In this document: positions 55,688-63,428 of the stretch, piece by piece
Position numbering within the stretch: the stretch's first letter is position 1
Layout of the letters: every line of letters begins with the position of its first letter
Virus record (IMG/VR): IMGVR_UViG_3300028797_000148
Span: 20,653 to 84,652 of that record
Source: a virus
Taxonomy: Duplodnaviria > Caudoviricetes
Length of the DNA: 64,000 nt
Direction: 5' to 3' (one strand)
Notes under the pieces: model-generated
Told to the model about the DNA's origin: nothing
Seen by the model: only the letters and a program-made list of their open reading frames with translations
Database searches by the model: none
Made by a program: the position numbers and the translations under genes

Positions 55688-56383
55688 CTAAAAATCTAAT
55701 GTAAGTTGACTTTGTTCAATTCTTATTCTCTTCTTCGTCAGTTCATAATAATGCTCGTCAAGCTCAAAGCCGATAAACGAGCATTTCTGCTGTATCGCCG
55801 CGATAAGCGTCGTGCCACTGCCGCAGGTGCAGTCCATGACTGTGAATTTACCCCCCCCCATTTTCGTCGCGTCAAGAATTAGACGTCGTAACAAATTGAC
55901 GGGCTTTTCATTTGGATGCACCATCTTGTCGGTGGACACACGGGGAACGGATATAATATCTACGGGGCGTTTCCCTTGAAACTTAAAATCCTTCATCGGC
56001 GCGAACACGATGCTTTCGTATCTGCTGCCGTAGGCCGATTCAAGGTCGCCCATAGAGTGATTGCCCTTATCCCATATAAGCACGTTCTTTACGCGCATAC
56101 CGTTCGCCTGCAATTCATCTATAACGGGCTGCTGGACGTCCCACCGTGTGAACAGATAAACAGCACCCGTATCTTTCATAACCCTTGGCAGGTACTTGAT
56201 AAAATCAACAAACGGCCTTTTGTCGTTGGCAATCTTGTCAAAGTGCTTTTGTTTTCCGTTCCAAGAGGACTGATAGTCTATGCCGTAGGGCAAATCCGTG
56301 ATACACACATCAATACTCTTGTCGGGTACTTGCTGGATAAGCTCCAAGCAGTCGCCGTGATATACGTTATTGAACTCCAGCAT
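55688..56383 (-). CDS. DNA methyltransferase, beta class (MTase 3)
   Basis: TDLPY, HPNEKP, MDCTCGSGTT; ends QLTLDF; G9 tract at 55851-55859. Confidence 0.92.
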   Translation of the reverse strand: MLEFNNVYHGDCLELIQQVPDKSIDVCITDLPYGIDYQSSWNGKQKHFDKIANDKRPFVDFIKYLPRVMKDTGAVYLFTRWDVQQPVIDELQANGMRVKNVLIWDKGNHSMGDLESAYGSRYESIVFAPMKDFKFQGKRPVDIISVPRVSTDKMVHPNEKPVNLLRRLILDATKMGGGKFTVMDCTCGSGTTLIAAIQQKCSFIGFELDEHYYELTKKRIRIEQSQLTLDF

Positions 56384-56386
56384 ATA

Positions 56387-57160
56387 CTATCCCAATTTAT
56401 CGCCACAGCACCAAAGCATGTCGCCACTTTCCAAGAACTTTATGCAATGCGCATCCGACTGAGCCAGCATCGGAATATCTTCGTAGACAACATCTTCCGT
56501 CGACGTCGTTTGCTTGATGCGCTTATATGTGAACGTTACCTGCGGGCGGTCAAACAATCCGTTTCCAAGCAGCCTTGCAACGGTATTGTACGGCTCGCGC
56601 TTTGCCGTTACGCCCATAACCTCCACGTCGGGGCGGTTATAGAACGACAAGCCGTGACAGATGCCAGCAACGATAACGCCGCTTTCATCGTACACCACAA
56701 TACGCTTTATATCCTGCGGCACTAAGAAACATTGGTGCATGACCGTTTCAACGGCACAGCGGGCAGCAAAGCCCATCGGTAGCATGATACGGTTGCTATC
56801 CATGTCCGCATATTCCCTTGCACGGGCGTTAATAACGTTATTGTAGCCGTTAGCCACTTGATGATAGTGCAGATTCTTGTTTAGCACGGCCATCGCAGCC
56901 ATCATAGGCGTTTCATCGCCGTTAGGGGTAAATATGTCGCACTTAAACCCGAAATCCGCACAGCCCTGCGCCACAAGTGCCAAATCAACATCATTACGCC
57001 CGCAGGCATAGGTGACCTCCGTGTAGCCAGCATCATCAACGCGGTTTAGCAAAGAGTAAACCATACGGCCTCTTGTGCCGCATACGCCACCTTTGGCGAA
57101 CTTGTAGTCCTCCTTGATGTATATGCCATTGTGACCGTATATAGACGTCAGTTTATCCAT
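56387..57160 (-). CDS. PLP-dependent fold-type II (ACC deaminase/cysteine synthase)-like protein, degenerate
   Basis: IYIKEDY..GG..GTRGR, LVAQGCADFGFKCDIFTP, IVV...SG..VAGI. Confidence 0.55.
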   Translation of the reverse strand: MDKLTSIYGHNGIYIKEDYKFAKGGVCGTRGRMVYSLLNRVDDAGYTEVTYACGRNDVDLALVAQGCADFGFKCDIFTPNGDETPMMAAMAVLNKNLHYHQVANGYNNVINARAREYADMDSNRIMLPMGFAARCAVETVMHQCFLVPQDIKRIVVYDESGVIVAGICHGLSFYNRPDVEVMGVTAKREPYNTVARLLGNGLFDRPQVTFTYKRIKQTTSTEDVVYEDIPMLAQSDAHCIKFLESGDMLWCCGDKLG

Positions 57161-57509
57161 TTTTCTTGTCTTTGTTCCTTTTGTTCAACTTTCCTGCAAG
57201 CAAGAGCGTAGACACCTTGTCATAGATAGCCCTATTCTCCAAGTTGGTACGTATCTTTCCGAAATCATCATCATCCACGCATCTGCGGTACGACTTTCCC
57301 AATATCTTAGGCACGTCTGTACGTTTGATATTGGCATCATCGCAAAGGCGCGAAAGCATACGTACCTCCTTTTCGGTGGCCTCGCAGCTGCCATCCTTGT
57401 TAGCACGTATGGTGCTGTTAAGCCAAGGCAGCAGGCCGCGTTTGTTAGCCATATAGCGCAATCTCGAAAGATATTCACGCGCCATCGCTTGCAGGGTATC
57501 GTTACGCAT
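57153..57509 (-). CDS. Hypothetical protein
   Basis: 118 aa. Confidence 0.6.
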   Translation of the reverse strand: MRNDTLQAMAREYLSRLRYMANKRGLLPWLNSTIRANKDGSCEATEKEVRMLSRLCDDANIKRTDVPKILGKSYRRCVDDDDFGKIRTNLENRAIYDKVSTLLLAGKLNKRNKDKKNG

Positions 57510-57511
57510 AG

Positions 57512-57937
57512 TTAGAATGGTAAATCGTCAGCTGGTGTATCTCCCGTCGTTTCGGGCATAGGCGATGCGGCTGGTGCGCTTGTAGGTGCTGGTGCTGACG
57601 GGGCATTTCCCGTAGTAGTGCCAGCATTGGCCGCTGGTGCTGGAGCTGCCGCCTGCTGCTGTCCGTCCATGCGAACGGCACGCCACGCTTGACACTCCGT
57701 GAACCACTTACCTTGCCACTCGCGGCTCTCGACGTCGAATGATACGTTATAGAAACCGCCAACGTCAATCTGCATCTGCGCGAACTTATCCTCGCCCATA
57801 ACCTTGAAGGCCACCTTTTTCGGGTACTGCCCCTGCGTTTCGATAACGAACTGATTGGTTACGTATGTATTGCCATTCTTCTGTGATGTGTATGTCTGCG
57901 GATTAAGCACCGCAACGACTTTTCCTTGTAATTCCAT
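57512..57937 (-). CDS. DUF3127 family OB-fold (SSB-like) protein
   Basis: MELQGKVVAVL, QYPKKVAF, SFDVESREWQGKWFT, Ala/Pro linker, DDLPF tip. Confidence 0.8.
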   Translation of the reverse strand: MELQGKVVAVLNPQTYTSQKNGNTYVTNQFVIETQGQYPKKVAFKVMGEDKFAQMQIDVGGFYNVSFDVESREWQGKWFTECQAWRAVRMDGQQQAAAPAPAANAGTTTGNAPSAPAPTSAPAASPMPETTGDTPADDLPF

Positions 57938-57960
57938 ATTGCTTTAATATTTTAATGTTA

Positions 57961-58113
57961 TTAATCTTGTACTGCCTTGGGCTGGCGTTCATACCAGTCC
58001 ATAGCCAAAGCTGGATGGGTAACGCAAAGGCGTACCGCAATGGCTACCGCGCCTTTGATGTAAGACGCTTTCTGAGCCCTTTCCATTTGTCGGTCAAATT
58101 CCTGCTGTGTCAT
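57961..58113 (-). CDS. Small hypothetical protein
   Basis: MTQQEFDRQMERA...; start uncertain (track start 58209). Confidence 0.4.
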   Translation of the reverse strand: MTQQEFDRQMERAQKASYIKGAVAIAVRLCVTHPALAMDWYERQPKAVQD

Positions 58114-58227
58114 AGCTAAAACGGTAATCTTTTGAAACTTATAAACGGCCAACTGAAATGTTTGTTGATGTGTACCCATATACACCCGAAAAGTAGATAT
58201 GTGTACCACGATTGGCCGCTAAATCCG

Positions 58228-58413
58228 CTAAAACCGCATTTTTCGCATACTTTTATCATACTTCTCGAGCTTTTTACGCTTCTTGGCCTTATGTTGCTTG
58301 TTGTGCCGCTCAAGCTCGCAGGGCTTTACGCTGCGGGTGCAGGTGCAATGATTACCCTGCAAACGGGATTTTAGCCAATATTGGCAGCTGGTGCATCTCA
58401 TACGGCCATCCAA
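58228..58413 (-). CDS. Small Cys-rich basic protein
   Basis: CTSC...CTC...C followed by a K/R-rich tail. Confidence 0.45.
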   Translation of the reverse strand: MDGRMRCTSCQYWLKSRLQGNHCTCTRSVKPCELERHNKQHKAKKRKKLEKYDKSMRKMRF

Positions 58414-58577
58414 GCTTTGTAAACACTATCATACTCCTTCTCGTCGACGCTCCAAATGGCATTTTCAAAATAAATCAGAAACTTGCCACTCTTGGGATGC
58501 GATATTGCCACGACGCGACGCAGGTCTAACGTTGTTTTTAACCCGCAATAAACCAATTCTACCTTAAACTGCTTCAT
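58398..58577 (-). CDS. Small hypothetical protein
   Basis: MKQFKVELVY...; ATG at 58577 preferred. Confidence 0.45.
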   Translation of the reverse strand: MKQFKVELVYCGLKTTLDLRRVVAISHPKSGKFLIYFENAIWSVDEKEYDSVYKAWMAV

Positions 58578-58696
58578 AATTTTATGTTTTATATCTTGTT
58601 TTTGCCCATTTTCAAGCCCGTAGGCGCGTTTTCTCCCTTTGAGCCTATAAAGTACCCGCCGAAAGGGAAATAACGCCTTAAAACGGCTTAAAACCG

Positions 58697-58885
58697 TTAT
58701 TCCGCATTTGCGTTCGCATATTGCAGTATTTTCTCCCATGATGCTTGGTCGTAAATATGATATGGCTGGTGTGCGCCTACGGTATAAACGCGCTTGTTTC
58801 GCAGGTCGACGCTTTCTATCGCCTCTAAGTTAAAGAGATACGGCAGATTCTCCTCGCCAACCTTGATTCTTACGAACTTTGGCAT
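58697..58885 (-). CDS. Small hypothetical protein
   Basis: 62 aa. Confidence 0.5.
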   Translation of the reverse strand: MPKFVRIKVGEENLPYLFNLEAIESVDLRNKRVYTVGAHQPYHIYDQASWEKILQYANANAE

Positions 58886-58897
58886 AACAAATAACGT

Positions 58898-59464
58898 TTA
58901 ATAATTCTTACCGTGACGAATGGAACGGGTCTCGTTGTATCGCATCTTCTGCTCCACATGCCAAAGCAGGTCGAACTTGTGGAAATCAGCGAAATCAAAG
59001 CACCATGCAAGAGAAGCACCAAGAAGGCGGGAAATATCGTCTGCCGACGTATCTTCGTCAATACGGGTTATAATCTTCGTCAATCCGTAGCATTGCTCGT
59101 TGATAGAGTCGTTACCCCAAAGTTTAGCCCAATCATCGCTTGTAGATGTTTCCTCAAGGATAAGCGGCTCTATATGCCGTGTTCCCAAGAAATCGCAAAT
59201 ACGGATAACAACGTCGGCCAATTCATCCTCCAGCGTATCTTTGACATACGTTTCAAACGTGCGGATGAAATCCATAGAGCTGTATTTGCAGCCCTGCATG
59301 TCGGCACGGCGCGATTTTCTGTCGGCCTCGACCATCTCGCCGATTTCCGAAACGACGAGCATCAGAAAATGCGCATTACTGCGGTCTACCTCATGAAAGC
59401 CGTGTGTGGCTGCAATGCTGTAGGCACGCTTAATCAATTCTTGAACTTTTTCTTTTGAAATCAT
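58898..59464 (-). CDS. MazG-like nucleotide pyrophosphohydrolase
   Basis: LVVSEIGEMVEA..EDELADVVIRICD, KMRYNETRSIRHGKNY. Confidence 0.8.
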   Translation of the reverse strand: MISKEKVQELIKRAYSIAATHGFHEVDRSNAHFLMLVVSEIGEMVEADRKSRRADMQGCKYSSMDFIRTFETYVKDTLEDELADVVIRICDFLGTRHIEPLILEETSTSDDWAKLWGNDSINEQCYGLTKIITRIDEDTSADDISRLLGASLAWCFDFADFHKFDLLWHVEQKMRYNETRSIRHGKNY

Positions 59465-59469
59465 AATCT

Positions 59470-59886
59470 TTAATCTTTATTTGAAATTGAATAAAACCTT
59501 TCCACGTTCGGATGGTGCTGCTTCCAATAGACACCATGTTTCTTTTTCAACGCCTTTTTCATCTTTCGCGGTATGCGGCCAGCAACGCTCAAGCGTGCAG
59601 AAATCTTTGCGTTTGGGATAACAAGCTCGTTTCCGCGCAAATCTTGCACCTTGACATCGAAAATCGGGCTCATACCAAGAATATTTGAAATATCATCTTT
59701 CGTCACGTCGGCCTTTATATCCAAAGAAATACTCATGTCACAAGGGCGCGTGAAACGCGGAGTGGCGTAGGCGTTCTTTTCGTTGAACGTTTGAACGTCT
59801 AAGCAAAGTTCGGGAACATGTTCAGACGAGATGGCTATCTTTTCGCGTAAAAGCGACGCACCAAGGAAAAATACTGGCTTTTTCAT
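59470..59886 (-). CDS. Hypothetical protein
   Basis: 138 aa. Confidence 0.55.
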   Translation of the reverse strand: MKKPVFFLGASLLREKIAISSEHVPELCLDVQTFNEKNAYATPRFTRPCDMSISLDIKADVTKDDISNILGMSPIFDVKVQDLRGNELVIPNAKISARLSVAGRIPRKMKKALKKKHGVYWKQHHPNVERFYSISNKD

Positions 59887-59887
59887 A

Positions 59888-60532
59888 CTATATCCTCTTA
59901 TTAAACATCAAAATATCCATAGCACGAAGCTCGCCAGCGGAATATAGCGTCTCCTGCGCATAGTTGCCTAAAGCAATACGCCTGCCATGCGTTTCACAGA
60001 ACATCGCCAAAGCCTCCTTCTGCGCCTCCGTAGCCTTGGCATCGCCAGCATACATCGTCGCAACATAGGGACATAGCTTTATCCAGCCGTTATCCTCCAG
60101 CGTGAAATCATCATTCTTGCTATCGGGATAATATCTTTCGCATATAGCCTTAGACAAAAGTATGTGGTTATCGCGCCCGTTATAATCCGCATCGCCAAAG
60201 CATAATCCGTCGGGACTAATCCACCCGCACTCCACGGACGATATATCAGACGGTTGTATATATCCGTAAGGAACTACCTCCGCATCATCATCCTCAAGAT
60301 ACACCTCATTAACGCCGACAAGCTTCTTGCTGCCCTTGACAACCATCTCCGCCAAATCACGCGGGAATCCCAACAACGCCTTGCATAAGAAATCAATACC
60401 AGCATCGACATCCTTGGACTCCTTGTACTTATCACGCGCCAATTCCGTTATCTTTTCACCATGAACGACGAAATTCAACGACCTACACCTCCCCCGACTC
60501 ATCAGCATCACCTCCATCATTATCACAACCAC
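59888..60532 (-). CDS. Hypothetical protein
   Basis: 214 aa; GWISPDG...H motif. Confidence 0.6.
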   Translation of the reverse strand: MVVIMMEVMLMSRGRCRSLNFVVHGEKITELARDKYKESKDVDAGIDFLCKALLGFPRDLAEMVVKGSKKLVGVNEVYLEDDDAEVVPYGYIQPSDISSVECGWISPDGLCFGDADYNGRDNHILLSKAICERYYPDSKNDDFTLEDNGWIKLCPYVATMYAGDAKATEAQKEALAMFCETHGRRIALGNYAQETLYSAGELRAMDILMFNKRI

Positions 60533-60806
60533 GCATAAAATCTATAACGGCACTATCCATCAGCGCACCTACGCCCACCAAAGTCGTATGTATGCCACCA
60601 ACTAATGACACCATCTGCCGAAGGCGCAAATATTCGGCGTTAGCCGACGAAACTCTTTCAGAACCCTCCAATTCCACCTCCTTCGCTTTCATCGCATCAT
60701 GCAAACGCCTCAATAAACCGCCTACCATGCCACGAATACGCTCCATGTCTTGATTAGCTATACCCAGCAAAGCACCAGCCTGCAACTCTAATATATCCTT
60801 TGCCAT
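60483..60806 (-). CDS. Hypothetical protein
   Basis: MAKDILELQ...; first gene after the control region, TATATTTG box at 60859-60866. Confidence 0.55.
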   Translation of the reverse strand: MAKDILELQAGALLGIANQDMERIRGMVGGLLRRLHDAMKAKEVELEGSERVSSANAEYLRLRQMVSLVGGIHTTLVGVGALMDSAVIDFMRGCDNDGGDADESGEV

Positions 60807-61132
60807 ATACAATAACTTTCTTTTATCATATAAATAACTTAAACTATAAATTCGGGTGCAAATATACACACTTTATTTTAAATATACCCAATAATAAGGT
60901 AACTTTAACAAAAGATTAACTATTATAAAGGTTTCTTTATATATATAAGATACACTATTTATAATATAGATACCCTATATTAATAAGTATATACTATATA
61001 TAGGAATATATCTGCATACACACGCACGCGAAAAATTTTCTTTTTTCAAAAATTTCTTTTTTTTAAAAATGGATTGTGCGCACCACACCGATTTTGGGCG
61101 CAAAAATAGCCCCCACCCCCTATAAAACCCCG

Positions 61133-62843
61133 TAACTCGCTGAAAATCAAGCAGTTATATATATTATACGTTCGTTTTTAATTAATAACTTTGCACCCGC
61201 TTATATTATACGACGGTACGACTAAATAATCCGCACAAAGATACGCAAACAAAGGGCAAAAAATATAAATTTCTGGCTGCAAAGATAGTATATTTTTTAG
61301 TCTTGAAAATAGGCTGTTATAAGTTTATTTTATTATAGTGTTTACTATATATATAAAGTATATATATTTAAGGGCTACAAAGGGCAGGAAAACGGGAAAT
61401 AATATATTTATATATTCTGTGTTCATTTATGCTTTATAATGGCAAAAGAAAAGCATACAAGAAAAAGAAAAATAAAATATAAATATATATAATAAGATAA
61501 TATAATAATATATAGAATAGAAAAAGAAATAAAAGAAAAAGAAAAGATAATAAGTGTATCAAATACAATTAATAATAAAATGATGCTGGCAATTACAAAG
61601 AATAAGTGTAAATAATACACCATAGAATAAGGGCTGCAAATATAGGGTGCAAAATGTTTCACGCTTATTTAGAATTGTGTGCGGGCACAAATAGAAAAGT
61701 ATATAAAAAGTAATATTGTAACATGTACACTTAAACCGCTGGAAAACCTTATATATAAAGGGCTCTAACATTTGTTATATATTTCTGTTAATAAGTATAT
61801 ATTTTGCAGAAGTCCTTTATTTATGGGTGTTTCACGCAATTAGGGCAATATTTTATAAAAGTCTAAATAATAAGAGGCCTCTGTGCGCGTACACAAATCG
61901 CTTAAAATTTTGGGGCTGGTATAAGTACCCACAAAGAGCATGAAAACGCAACAGCGGGAAAATTGGGGTCTTTTGTCTTGAAAAAGTACATAAATAAAAT
62001 ATATTTATATATCTGCTAAAAGCCCTTTATATAAAGGTATTTGCAAGAATTTAGTATATAATATTATGTAAATATTCTTTATTGTTAATAAATATTTAAC
62101 TCCTTGATTTTCAATAAGTTACGTTTTGAACGTAACCCTCACGAAAACAGACCTTATAAAGTGTAATAAATACACTATTAAAATATCCTATCATTTTATA
62201 TATAAGTGTATATAGTACACCGAATATATAAATACCAGCGTTTTTGTATCTTTATAAAATGATATACTTTGCACATGCTACAAAGGTACAAAGATAATAT
62301 AAATATAAGATATAAGGAAATAAGGTCGGCAGGGCTACAAAGGTACGGGAAAAAGCGGGTAAAATAGGGTCTGTAATTGTGTCCGTACACAAAACGGCTT
62401 TTATTGTGCTGGGTATATAATTACTATATTTGCGGGCTTTTAACGCTGTGTCGGGCTTTAAAACATGCTTAAATCTAATTATTTGTATTTTCGCTATATA
62501 TACGCGAGTATATGTGTATATATAAATAATGTACGTACAAAGGGCAAAAGATAGCAGGGAAAACGTGCAAATAAATAATATTTACATTTATATTTTATGT
62601 ACTTTAATACCTATTTTGTTATGAATTTAACGCTTAATTACATTTATAAAAGTATATGATTTATATTTAAGTTATTGATTTATAAGCATTTACAAAGATT
62701 TCATTTTTATGAATTTAAGACTTTTTTGTTCAATATTATTACTTTCATTAAATCTATTTAACTAAATTTGAAGGGGGAAAATTCAATAATTTATGTATTT
62801 ATTATTACAAAGTGGTTGTAACTCCTTGAAAATCAATAAGTTA
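61133..62843. repeat. 25-bp palindromic sites, copies B-E
   Basis: 61133-61157, 62097-62121, 62668-62692 (degenerate), 62819-62843; consensus TAAC-N3-TTGA-N3-TCAA-N3-GTTA. Confidence 0.7.
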
Positions 62844-62871
62844 CGGGCAAAATAAATTTTTTGCATTTTTC

Positions 62872-62902
62872 TTTGGTATATACAAAATTATTCGTACCTT
62901 TG
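62872..62902 (+). promoter_or_regulatory. Bacteroidota promoter facing right
   Basis: TTTG-N19-TACCTTTG. Confidence 0.7.
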
Positions 62903-63428
62903 CAATACCAAAACGTTAGAACGGCAGGCGAAAGCCACATAGCGGGCAGGGGGCGTTTGGGGGCGAGGAAAAAGCCTCGACCTATCTTTGCAAGTTTGGG
63001 CACTATATACGCAGTAAGTTGATAGCCCGAAGACTACAAAGGGAAATAGGACGAGCACATTATCCCGAAAACTTGCATTTACTTGTTAGCGTGCAAAGTT
63101 TTGACCCTCTCACCTAATAAGGAATTAAAAAGAATAGTTAGGGGATTAAATAGTAACATTGATATTTTAAACAAAGGGCTGTTAATTGCATGATGTTTCA
63201 ACGAATTGCAAACACGCAAATAACTCACTATTTTGTATTTTGGCGCAGGGCTTTTAGCACTGGGAACAGAATCAGTTTTGCACCTAATAAATACTCGCAA
63301 ATAGGCAGATTAATTGCACCCGCAGGAAATTGACAACTAATAGGGCAAAATGAAAAACCGAATTTTTGCAGCCTTCAAATATAATTCACTTTATTTATTA
63401 ACGTATTAATTTTATAGGAGGTTTTATT

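Larger units (their letters stand above)
60807..63428. other. AT-rich non-coding divergent control region
   Basis: No credible ORF over about 2.6 kb; genes diverge on both sides; many TAnnTTTG boxes and palindromes. Confidence 0.75.

Noticed and set aside
60807-63428. CRISPR array or protein-coding genes in the AT-rich region
   Set aside because: Repeats are irregularly spaced and degenerate, with no spacer periodicity; the short ORFs (61423, 61559, 62196, 63079) are low-complexity I/F/Y/L strings
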